DNA of 64,000 nt. It comes from Mobula birostris (taxonomy: Eukaryota). The notes beneath the pieces were generated by a model. That model saw nothing but the letters and a program-made list of their open reading frames with translations, was not told the origin of the DNA and searched no databases. The translations under genes were made by a program, and so were the position numbers. The stretch lies in the NCBI RefSeq assembly GCF_030028105.1, contig NC_092370.1, positions 113,970,793-114,034,792 of the forward strand, read 5' to 3'. Shown here in pieces: positions 1 to 11,185 of the stretch. Within the stretch, counting starts at the first letter, position 1. Every line of letters begins with the position of its first letter.

Positions 1-169
1 CTTCAGATTCAGTCGACTCAACAGTCCATTTTCTCAGTCAAGGCGTAATGCAGAAAGCAAAGTATTGCTGTGTCCTGCGTTCAAGTCTCGTCAAAAACTA
101 CGACGGAACGAATGGTGTTAAATCCTATATTCACGAGCGCAATTGCCGAATCTGCTGTGCGCCGAATCC

Positions 170-368
170 ATGATTGTGACAAGGGTTTTGTCTACATGGA
201 CTTTAGCAAGGCCTTGTAGAATAATCCGCACGGTACACGGAATCCAGGGTGAGCGAGCCATAAGGATACCAAATTGCCTTGTAGTAGGACCTAGTGAATG
301 CCAATGGAAGGGTGTCTTGCAGACTACACAGAGGGATGTTTTGCAGATTGGAGGCTCGTGTACTTAGT
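170..368 (+). mobile_element. Degraded CR1-type LINE reverse-transcriptase fragment
   Basis: Frameshifted pieces read VYMDFSKA, HGIQGERA and a EGCFADWR-like segment, matching the CR1 ORF2 stretch VYMDFSKAFDKVPH...HGIQG...VEGCFSDW. Boundaries approximate. Confidence 0.6.
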
Positions 369-371
369 ATA

Positions 372-904
372 CAGTCGTGTGCAAAAGTTTCAGGCATGTA
401 TAGGGTGCTTTAGACTTTTGCACACCACTGTATTTGTCAACGAGGAGCGGAGAGTGAGTTTGTAAATCTGGCAGAAGCAACGGATGCTGGGAAAGGCGAG
501 GATGGAGCGCCGCGGAAGGGGCTTGGGGCAGGAGGCAGAGAAAGAATGCCAGGGGCGGAGGGAGGCGCTGGTGCAGACACACCCAGTCCTGAGACATCAG
601 GCAAATTCATTTGATTCCAAACAATCGGTTTATTGATCATTGCAACACGTCTCTCTGGTGCTCCCTGCTCCCTCCCTTTCTCCCTTCTCCTTTTCTCAAC
701 CACAATTCCCCTCTGCCTACCCACTTCCCACTCTCAGTCCAGAGACCCATATCAGAATCAAGTTTACCATCACTCACATATGGCATGAAATTGCTTTTTT
801 TTTTACGGCAGCAGTACAGAGCAGTACATAAAATTACACTACTGTGCTAAAGACTTAGGCACCCTAGCTATATACATAAGTTCCTAAGACTTTGCACAGT
901 ACTC
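372..904. mobile_element. Non-autonomous Tc1/mariner-like element (about 530 bp) with self-palindromic ends
   Basis: TA at 370-371 and 905-906. Left end 372-430 is a hairpin (CAGTCGTGTGCAAAAGT...ACTTTTGCACACCACTG). Right end 837-904 is a related hairpin (CACTACTGTGCTAAAGACTTAGG...CCTAAGACTTTGCACAGTACTC). Their loops are inverted relative to each other. No ORF of note inside. Confidence 0.6.
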
Positions 905-914
905 TATCTCGGAT

Positions 915-968
915 CCATAGATGCTGCCCAACCCGTGAGTTCCTCCAGCGTGTTGTGTGTGTTGCTCT
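915..968 (+). repeat. Short SINE-like repeat fragment
   Basis: CATAGATGCTGCCCAACCCGTGAGTTCCTCCAGCGTGTTGTGTGTGTTGCTC resembles the GATGCTGCCTGACCTGCTGAGTTCCTCCAGC motif I recall from elasmobranch short interspersed repeats; family not assignable here. Confidence 0.4.
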
Positions 969-1343
969 ATCTCGGGGTTTTGTGTTACTATGTCATATTT
1001 CTCTACAGAAAAAAATAAAATTACCTGTACCTGTAATAGCAGATTTAGCCTTGTTCATTCCATGGAACACCGCCCTTTACGTCTCTTCCACAATGGTTTG
1101 GTTATGAGAATGTGCAGCAAGTAAGGTTTTTAGGCTCCTGGCTCGTATTCATTCATGAAATTTGGATCCATGTTAATCGAAGCAGTTTTCTTCAACAAAG
1201 CTATAAAGTAATATGCAAATTGCACCGTGGTTAAAAACAACAGATAGCATTCGTTAAAGTTAGATAGTCGCGGAGATCATGAGGCACAACAGTTGCTATT
1301 TGGTCTGGAATCAGTGAACACCTTATGCACAAGGTACCCGTTG

Positions 1344-1382
1344 GGTTTATGTACTGGCTTCCCTTCGCATTTGGTCTGTTTG
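1344..1382 (-). other. Defective 23-RSS of the left V segment
   Basis: Minus strand: nonamer ACATAAACC (1352-1344, 8/9 to ACAAAAACC). At 23-bp spacing the heptamer position (1382-1376) reads CAAACAG rather than CACAGTG, so the essential CAC is lost. Confidence 0.75.
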
Positions 1383-1690
1383 TAGCCAGTAAGCGCAGTA
1401 GAAAGTGCCAGAATCATTCTCGCTTATGTTCGGCAAGAATAAAGTGCACGATTGAGTCTCAGGTACTTTGCTCGCAATTAATCGTTCGTCCGACACAGCC
1501 TTCTGAGTATCGGATGAATTCTTAAAATACAATAGCCGCTGCAGGCCTTCACCCGGCCTCTGCCGGTACCAATGTATAACAGCTTCCGCAAAATATATTT
1601 GTTGAACATCACAGTAAAAGTGCACAAATTTTGTCGGAATCCTGGTAATCGATAACCGAGTCTGTGTCAATATCTGAAGCGCCACTTTTC
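1383..1690 (-). pseudogene. TRGV: TCR gamma-type V exon, open frame but probably non-rearranging (pseudogene/ORF class)
   Basis: Phase-1 acceptor TTGTTTTCTCCCACAG|GA at 1691/1690. Translation ...LTQTRLSITR...FYC...IHWYRQRPGEGLQRLLYF...CTL...DSGTFYCAYW has both Cys, the Trp, and the CAxW end typical of TRGV. RSS defective; no minus-strand ATG between 1691 and 2101. Confidence 0.8.
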
Positions 1691-1878
1691 CTGTGGGAGA
1701 AAACAATACGTGATTGAATTATTCCACAGTGTGGTGACGAAGGGCGAAGGAAAACAGGGACTAAAATGCTAAACACTTGTTGGGGAGATAGAGCGGCGAG
1801 CTGATCCAGGTGACTGAGATCCTGCCGACCGCTTCACTCCTTCTCGAAGCCGCAAACTGCGGATTCCTTTTGGCGCGA

Positions 1879-1952
1879 TGACGTCACGACCTGACCTTTA
1901 CTATTCAGACTCGGCGCTGAATTTCAATCCGGATCTCACCCCCCCCCACGTG
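1879..1952. promoter_or_regulatory. Candidate V promoter elements: CRE palindrome TGACGTCA (1879-1886) and E-box CACGTG (1947-1952) in a CpG-rich patch
   Basis: Exact motifs about 190-260 bp upstream of the V-exon acceptor. CRE-like elements are known in TCR V promoters. Function not demonstrated. Confidence 0.45.
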
Positions 1953-2349
1953 GCCCAGAAGTCCAACCCAGCCACTGTGCGCAGGAAGCCGAGTGTGACC
2001 CCGAGGTGAATTCTTGTCCACGCACACCTGGCGTCTCTGCCTGAAGTCACCCGTCGCTGCAGCTTTCCGTTATGCCTCGGTGAGATCGACACTCAATTCT
2101 TCATTCCGACTACTCGCGGTAAACTTTCACGCTCTCGCTTGACTATAATTAATCTCCCTCTGCCTTCAAATTATTCAAAGACCCTGCTCACCCTAGAGCT
2201 CCCAGGAGTCACAGACTTTCGAGAGAAACCCCTCTCTTCATCTCTCTCGTTAATGGACAACCATTCAACACTGACTCCCATTCTAGGCTCTGGCACGAAT
2301 AGAAACACCCGCTACACGCCTCACTGTCTACATTCATCAGCGAACAGTA

Positions 2350-2570
2350 CGTTTTAATCAAGATCCCTTTTACTATTCAAAACTGCAGTAGATATGAGTC
2401 TGATCTGTCCATCCCCTTTTCATCGTTCCAATGAACCCTCTATGAACTGCTTCTAGATAATTGACATCCTTAAATGACCGGACCAATGCTGGATACGATA
2501 TTCCAGGTGTGGCTCCGTACACAGAGCATAACTTCGCTAACTTTGTAGTAAATTGCACTTATAATTAACA
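2350..2570 (-). mobile_element. Highly decayed CR1 3'-region fragment between the two V segments
   Basis: ATGAACCCTCTATGAACTGCTTCT...GACCAATGCTGGATACGATATTCCAGGTGTGG parallels the CR1 ORF2 C-terminal region also seen at 4130-4220. Confidence 0.45.
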
Positions 2571-2757
2571 ACTATCTCCCGTCAGCTGTTCTGAAGACCT
2601 GCCGCACCTGTGCACCACGTGCCGCTTCCCACTTCAGCCCTGGATCCCTGAAATGAATTACATTCCTTTTGTTTAGTGGGAACGCTGCCTCCATCTCCGG
2701 TCAATGACACGAAGTTTTCTTTCCCTGGTGAGACAGTCGAGCATTAGGAGAGACTGG

Positions 2758-2796
2758 GGTTTTTGTATCGCCCTTCTGCCGCCGCTTCACACTGTG
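2758..2796 (-). other. Canonical 23-RSS
   Basis: Minus strand: heptamer CACAGTG (2796-2790), 23-bp spacer (2789-2767), nonamer ACAAAAACC (2766-2758); perfect consensus. Confidence 0.97.
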
Positions 2797-3140
2797 CCGA
2801 CCCAGCGGGCACAGTAATAGATGGCGGCATCTGTCAGGACAATGTTGTCAATCACAAGAGAGAAGAAAGAGTCACTGCCCTCGGCTGAGAACTTGGCGGA
2901 CACTCCCGGATCCCGCTCCGTTCGACCTTTGCTAAAGCGCAGGATCCTTCTGGGTGCCTGGTTGGCGAGTTGCTGGTACCAGTGGATGTCATCGAGTGCC
3001 CTTACCTCGCACAGTATCTTCACCGTCGTCGTCTCGGGCTTCGTGATTGAAATGTGAGGCATCTTCAATTCCTGGGCCAGATATCCAGCTGCAAATAAAA
3101 TACACTGAAGCAACGCTGTCTTGAAGGAACAGAACGACAT
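2797..3140 (-). CDS. TRGV: TCR gamma-type V gene segment with in-frame leader, apparently functional
   Basis: ATG at 3140. MSFCSFKTALLQCILFAAGYLA (signal-peptide-like) continues without interruption into QELKMPHISITKPE...ILC...IHWYQQ...DAAIYYCARWVG, directly followed by the perfect 23-RSS. IHWY and YYCAxW are TRGV hallmarks. Confidence 0.92.
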
Positions 3141-3320
3141 GATGCAGTTTCCTAGGGGACTGCTCCTGTCATCGCCTCGTTCGAATTAAATAGCAAGTGC
3201 CCGGATACAGGCGGGTTGTTCGAGCGGCTGCGCAGTGTGTCCTTCACCGTCACCTTCATTTACACTTTCATTCGTCGGTCCTTTTCCTAGGAGAGAGGGA
3301 CGAACAGCTGTGGTTTCTGT
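3141..3320 (-). promoter_or_regulatory. Candidate promoter of the intact V segment
   Basis: TATA-like TATTTAA on the minus strand at 3192-3186 (about 46 nt upstream of the ATG). Overlapping E-box CAGCTG (3305-3310) and RUNX site TGTGGTT (3309-3315). CpG-rich. Confidence 0.45.
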
Positions 3321-4369
3321 CGCCAGTCTGCGGATGTAGAAATTTCGAATACATATGGTTCACATTAAAAGTTACGCAACCTCTGTCTCTCTTGCCTTCC
3401 TGGCCTCGCTCTGCCTCCGACATTTCTCTCGTATTATCCCGTTACTCAGTTTCATTAGTGCCGATTATTCAAAGCTCTGAAATCTCCAGAGCGAAGGGTA
3501 CTGATGCTTGACCCGCAGAGTGATTACAGCGTTCTCGCTTCAGATCTCGAGGGTTCAAGCAGCACGCCACAGAGATGAGAACAGAAAAGGAGGAGAAATG
3601 GGGAGAGATGAATATGTCCTTCGTCGTGCTCCTGGTTCATAAGGATCATAAGAACATATGTAATAGAAGCAGAATTAGGCTATTTTGCCCATCGGGTCTG
3701 CTTCCCATTCAATCATGGCTGAATCTTTTTACCCCTCCTCAACCCCATTTCCCGGCTTTCTCCCCGTAACCTTTGATGCCGTGTCCAATCAAGATCCTAT
3801 CAATCTCTGCCTTAAATACACCCAACGACGTGGCCTCCACAGCTGCCTGCTGTAACAAATTCCACAAATTTACCACCCTCTGGCTACAGAAATTTTCCCG
3901 CATCTCTGTTTTAAATGGACGCCCCTCTATCCTGAGGGTGTGCCCTTGTGTCCTAGACTCCCCCACCATGAGTAATATCCTTTCCACATCTACTCTGTCT
4001 AGGCCTTTCAAAATTCGAAAGGTTTCAATGAGAAACCGTCAAACACCCAACCTTCTAACTTAAAGCGATCAAACAATTACAGAGCCATCAAACGTTCCTC
4101 GTATGATCACTCTTTCATTCCAGGAATCATTCTTGTGAAACGCGTCTGGACCGTCTCCAATGCCAGCACATGTTTTCTTTAATTAGGAGACCAAAACTGT
4201 TCTCAACACTCAAGGTGCGGCCTGCTCTTGTATTCTTGACCTGTTGAAATGAATGCTGACATCGCATTTGCCTTCCTCACCACCGCCTCTACCTACAAGT
4301 TAACTATTAGAGTGTTCTGCACAAGGACTCCCAAGTTCCGTCGCTTCTCAGATTTATGGATTTTCTCCC

Positions 4370-4768
4370 TGTTGTTGCGTGAATAAAATCGCCAGAGGGA
4401 GTTACTGGTAGCTACAAAGCAGCTGCTTTATTCGACAAAACAATGTACAGCAAGCATCTTATGGAGACACTGTCGGTGGGAGGGTCTGCTGGCCCAACGT
4501 GGGGCTCGATATGTATGTGCTAAACACAAAGGACAATTACACATTTACAAAGTATATACAATGCTTTCTTTTGAAACTGCATACAAACTTCGCACCTTCT
4601 AATTCGCATCCATCCCGCAGACGCCAGAATCGAGTAGAGTGGGATACACAGCTTTTAGGAATCTATTGTTCCAAATTAAATCCACAATACGTTATCAAAG
4701 AACAGAAGACTGGTACCCAAAGCCATTTGCTAAATGTAAATGACCGAAACCCAAAAATCACACTAACG
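4370..4768 (-). mobile_element. Solo LTR (399 bp) inserted in the CR1
   Basis: CR1 sequence breaks at TTTTCTCCC and resumes at ...CCCGTTTAG. The insert starts TGTTG and ends CTAACG (TG...CA with one change). Flanks CTCCC/CTTCC are a 5-bp TSD with 1 mismatch. AATAAA lies on the minus strand about 60 nt from the left end. Confidence 0.65.
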
Positions 4769-6019
4769 CTTCCCGTTTAGAAAATAGTCTGCACATTTAT
4801 TTCTACCGCTAAAGTACTGACCATGCATTTTCCAACATTGTATTTTATTTGCCATATTCTTGCCCATTCTCCCGATCTATCTAAGTCCTGCAGCCTACCT
4901 GTTTCCTTAGCACTACCTCCCCCTCCACCAATCTTCGTATCATCTGTAAACTTGACAACGAATCCACAATTCCATCATCTAAATCTTTTATATACAGCAT
5001 ACAAATAAGTGGCCCCACCACCGGCCCCTGCGGAACACCACTCGTTTCTGGCAGCCAACTAGACAAGGATCCTTTTATTCCCATTCGCTGTCTCCTACCA
5101 AACAGCCAATGCTCTAACCATGTTATTAACTTTCCTGTAATATCATGAGCTCTTAACTTAGTAAGCAGTATCATGTGTGGCACCTTGGCAAAGGTCTTCT
5201 GAAAGTCCAAATATACAACATCTAATGCATCCTCTTTATCTACTCTACTTGTAACCTCCTCAAAGAATTCCAACAGGTTCGTCAGGTAAGATATTCCCTT
5301 AAGACAACCAAGCTGACTTTGTCCTATCTTGTCCTGTGCCACCAAATACTCCACAACCTCATCCTTAACAATTGACTCTAACTCTTCCCAACCACTGAGG
5401 TCAGGCTAACTGGTCTATAATTTCCTTTCTGCTACCTTCCTCCTTTCTTAAGGAGTGGAGTGACATTTGCAATTTCCAGTCCCCTAGCACTGTACCAAAG
5501 TCCAACGATTTTTGAAAGGTCACTGCTAATACTTCCACGATCTCTAGCGCTACCCCTTTCAGGACCCTAGAGTGCAGTTCATCTGGTTCAGGTGACTTAC
5601 GTATCCTTAGGTCTTTCAGGTTTTTGAGCATCTTCTCCCTTGTAATAGTAACTGCACTCACTTCTCTTATTTCACACACTGCAACACCTGGCACACTGCT
5701 AGTGTCTTCCACAGTGAAGACTGAAGAAAAATACTTATTTAGTTCATCTGCCATCTCCTTGTCCACCGTTATTATTTCTCCGGCCACATTTTCTAGCGGT
5801 CCCATACCCACTCTCATCTCCCTTTAATTTTTTTATATACTGGAAAAAGCTTTTACTTTCCATTTTGATATTGTTTGCTAGTTGCTCTCTTTAGGTTTTT
5901 AAAAGCTTTCCAATCTTCTATCTTCCCGCTAATTTTTGCTTTGTTGTATGTCCTCTATTTTGTTTTTACATGAACTTTGACTTCCCTTGTCAGCCACGGT
6001 AGTACTATTTTGCCATTTG

Positions 6020-6419
6020 TGTTGCACGGGGCGACTGAGGAGAAGCTAAGTGCGGGACGCCGGCACGTCGACTGAGTTAGGGATGCTGGCGTAGACGTGA
6101 ATGTAGAACAGAAAACCGGAGGAATCTTGACAAGGAGACGGGATCTACAGGGACTATCTTGAAACTAGAGCAGAACTTGGAACTAAACTTAGAACTAACG
6201 GTTCTAAGCGGACGAGGGAACGAAGTATCACACAAGAATAGACCAACAAAGTGGCAACCTGTGTAGTGACGCCATCGTACTTATTTCACAGTGTCTGATG
6301 CAAACCAGGTGTACCGTAATTAAGTAAACTAGCAGCAATTGGAAATCTAACGGATGAAATTAGGGCATAATCAGGGAGAAAGGAGCGTTAAATGGGAACA
6401 ACCAAACGGAACCATGACA
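6020..6419 (-). mobile_element. Solo LTR (400 bp) inserted in the CR1
   Basis: TGTTGCA...CATGACA termini with a perfect 5-bp TSD ATTTG (6015-6019 and 6420-6424). CR1 sequence is contiguous across the insert. The minus strand begins TGTCATGG. Confidence 0.8.
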
Positions 6420-7965
6420 ATTTGAGTATTTCTTCGTTTTTGGAATACATCTATACTGCGCCTTCCTCATTTCCCCCAGAAACTCACGCCATTGCTTCTC
6501 TGCTGTCATCCCTGTGAACAGCTCCTTTCAATCTACTTTGGCCAACTACTCTCTCATGCCACTGTAATTTCCCTTACTCCACTGAAATACTGCTACGTCC
6601 GACTTTACTTCCTCCTAGCCTGAGTCCCTTCATTCCGGTTCCCACCCCCTGCAAAATTAGCTTAACCCCCCCCCCCCAAAAAAAGCTATAACAAATCTGC
6701 CCGCGAGAATATTGGTCCCCCTCGGGTTCAGGTGCAACCCGCTCCTTTTGTACAGGTCATTCCTCACCCAGAACAGATCACAATGATCCAAGAACCTGAA
6801 CCCCTGCCCCTGAAGCAGCTCCTCAGCCACGTATTTATCTACCAAATCATCCTGTTTCTACCCTCACTAGCACGTGGCACGGGTAGCAATCATGAAATTA
6901 CTACCCTGGATGCTCTGCTTCTCAGCTTTCTGCCGAGCTCTCTAAGTTCTCTCTCCAGGACTGCATTGGTTTTCCTTCCTATGTCACTGGTACCAATATG
7001 TGCCAAGACATCTGGCTGCTCTCTCCCGTTCTGTAAAGTGTTGTGGACACGAGATGTCCCTGACCCTGGCACCTTGGAGGCAACATACCATCCAGGTTTC
7101 CCGTACATGTCCACAGAATCTCCTGTTTGTTCTTCTGACCATTGAGTCCTCTATCAATACCTCTGTCCTTTCTCCCTCTTTACTTTCTTCACCATGGCCC
7201 CATGCTCAGTGCCAGTAACTTGGGCTCCGTGGCATTCCCCCGGGAGGTCATCCCCCACAACAGTATCCAAACGTGTATACTTATTTTGGAGGGGAATGGC
7301 CACAGCGATGCTCTGCGCTAACTGGCTATTCACAATTCTATTTCTCATGGCAATCACCCAGCTACTCGCCTCCTCCAACATCGGGGTGACTACTTAACTC
7401 TAATCGATTATCTCCTCACTCTCCCGTATAAGCCGAAGGTCATTCGGCTGCTGCTTCAGACCCCTAACACGGTATTCAAGGAACTGTAGTTGGTTGCACT
7501 TCACGCAGATGTAGGTCCCTGGGAGACTCTGGGTCTCCCAGGACTCCAACATCCGGCATGAAGAAGACACACAACGGCCACCTACTACACTAAGGGAGAG
7601 GGAAAATGGAACCTCACCAGAAGCTTAACCACAGCCAACGCCTCTCCAGCCGAAGCCTCCTTTGACTCAAAGCCTGACACTCCTACTCTCACCACTAGCC
7701 CACTCCCAACAATGGCCGCCCGCTTGTCCCTCCTATACTTCTTGTTTAAATTCGCTGCGCTCTACTCCCGTCGCTGTTCGGGACTCCGAATGTCCGAACG
7801 CCCGCGAAGGGCTGCTTTTATACAAGCGTCGCCGACCAGCCAGAAACCTCGAAACTGTGTTCTGCTCCCGCCGCTGATTGGGGCTCCGGAATGATGGCTG
7901 ACCTTCAAGTCTGGCGCCACTTTCCCGTCTTTCGATATTCCTTATCTCCAAATAAATGCTCTGGG

Positions 7966-8345
7966 ATAGAGTCATAGACTAGTTGAATTCCACAACACAG
8001 AAACAGGCCCTTCTACACAACTCGTCCACGCTAACCGTAATGAACAGTAGAGGACCCAACATGATCCTTGTGGAACACCAATGACCAAAATCCACATCAC
8101 ACTTGGACTGTTAACATCAGGCTAAGCCTGTGTGCAAGTGGCTCGCCTATTCTTAATCGCATGTGAGTTGATCTTCAGGACCATTCTACCAAGCGGAATT
8201 TTGTTAAAATTTGCTAAAATGAATTGTGTCAATTTTAACCACCCTGCTCTCGTTGATCCTCTTGGTCACCTCTTCAAAAAAAATCAATTTCTTGACAGGA
8301 TATCCCACGTACAATATCATGCTGATTATCTAATGAGTCGTTTCA
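7966..8345 (-). mobile_element. Second, older CR1 remnant (3' tail plus RT scraps)
   Basis: ATAGAGTCATAGA tail followed by ACAGAAACAGGCCCTTC. Internal GATCCTCTTGGTCACCTCTTCAAAAAA parallels the RT region at 5230-5280. Confidence 0.55.
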
Positions 8346-8599
8346 ATCCCAATTGCTGGTTTATCTCAGATCTTGTTGTAAATTTCCCGCCGCCGATTTT
8401 AGGCTAGCCACCACCCCCACCCCCCCACCCCCCGTCCGCCGTAGTTCCCAAGTTTGTCCTTACACCACTTCTCAAAAAACACAACAGTAGCCACCTTACA
8501 CTCTTCTGTTACTTCGCCCGTGGTAACATTTACAGAAATATCTCTGCCCAACAATTTGCTTACAGCCATTCAGGCCACGTCGTGCAGCGATCCCCTGAT

Positions 8600-8762
8600 T
8601 TATTCATATCCTAATCACGAGACAACTTACAACGACCAATTCACCTACTAACCAGAAGATCTTTGAAATGTGGGAGGAAAGCTCCTTAGGGGTGCGACAG
8701 GATTTGAACCCCAGTCACTTGCACTGTAAAGCGTTGGGCTAGCTACTACGCTAAGGTGCCTC
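8600..8762 (-). mobile_element. tRNA-derived SINE, internally deleted
   Basis: Minus strand: A-box-like TAGCGTAGTAG near 8755-8745 and B-box GGTTCAAATCC (8710-8700), followed by the CCTCCCACATTTCAAAGA motif typical of shark/fish tRNA-SINEs. Confidence 0.65.
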
Positions 8763-8859
8763 TCTGTGTCATAGAATGCACTTGGTCTGGCCCCGGGACT
8801 GTATCCACCTTGACGAATTTTAAGACTGTCAGCACCTTCCCTTTTGTAGTGTGGATATA

Positions 8860-10551
<1,692 letters not shown>

Positions 10552-10599
10552 TATTTGAAGGCATCATTTTCTCTGCTATGAGCTTCTTAGCTTCCAGGT

Positions 10600-11185
10600 C
10601 TTCTCTACAGTAATTACAGATAATAAATATTCATTTAAGTTCTTGCCCTATCTCGTGTAACTCCACAATCGTTCTGGTTACCTTTTTCCTCTTGATATTC
10701 TTATAGAACACCTTAGGTTCCCCCTTTGCCTTATTTGTCAAAACGATTGGAAGAATTTGTCCTCCTGATTTTCCTCTTAAGTGTACTCCTATATCTTTTG
10801 TAAAGTTCAGGGGATTCACTTGATCACAACAGACAACACTTGACATATATTCTCCTTTTTCCCTGAAGAAACCCTCAATATCCCTCATCAACTATAATCC
10901 ATAATTCTGTCAGCCTTGGCTTTCAATATAACTGGGTATATTTAATGCAAAGATTGATAGGTTCTTGATTAGAAAGGGCATCAAAGGTTACTGGGAGGCC
11001 AGAAAAATGACATTGATAGGGGGTAATAAATCAATTATGATGGATTCGGGCAGACTCGATGGGCCAAATGGCCGAATTTCTACTCTTATGTCTTATGGTC
11101 TGAACCCTCCCTATTACACTTTCAGACGCCTGCCACTTCCCCTATCTGCAAACAGCTTCTCCCAATCAAATCTGCAAAATCCTGT
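10600..11185. mobile_element. Mixed-orientation CR1 fragments
   Basis: Minus-strand ORF2-like KGEPKVFYKNIKRKKVTR (10631-10891). Plus-strand CR1 3' end (about 10930-11100) ending GGGCCAAATGGCC...TCTTATGTCTTATGGTCT. Confidence 0.6.

Larger units (their letters stand above)
3638..7750 (-). mobile_element. Decayed, internally deleted CR1-type LINE (ORF1 esterase + ORF2 RT + 3' tail), interrupted by two solo LTRs
   Basis: 3' tail CATAAG/CATAAGAACAT at 3638-3657. ORF2 C-terminus (3739-4011, FKTEMRENFCSQRVVNLWN). RT motifs (4881-5354: LTNLLEFFEEVT, VVYLDFQKTFAKVPH, SGVPQGPVVGP). ORF1 SGNH-esterase-like pieces (HIGTSDIG at 6890-7114; DGLHLN-like SGLHLNPRGTNILAGRF at 6657-6845). The endonuclease region is missing between about 6620 and 6650. 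The 5' boundary is approximate. Confidence 0.88.

Noticed and set aside
1021-1095. Possible J segment or leader exon on the minus strand (CATTGTG heptamer-like, 58 nt, then ACAG|GTACAG|GTAATT donors)
   Set aside because: No nonamer at 12 or 23 bp, no FGxG motif, an in-frame stop, and the ATG-initiated reading MNKAKSAITGT is not hydrophobic.
1213-1220. Ig-promoter octamer ATGCAAAT
   Set aside because: It lies downstream of the left V RSS with no associated leader or V exon; a single 8-mer is expected by chance.
1725-1979. Extra perfect heptamers CACAGTG (1725-1731, plus) and CACTGTG (1973-1979)
   Set aside because: No nonamer at 12- or 23-bp spacing for either.
2787-3140. Assignment of the V segments as IgH, IgL, TCR alpha/beta/delta or NAR-TCR V
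   Set aside because: IHWY and (Y/F)YCAxW ends with a 23-RSS fit TRGV best. The assignment stays sequence-based until J/C are seen or a BLAST against elasmobranch TCR sets is run.
3152-3172. uORF ATGACAGGAGCAGTCCCCTAG upstream of the intact V
   Set aside because: Its ATG is only about 14 nt from the TATA-like box, so probably upstream of the transcription start; no support for function.
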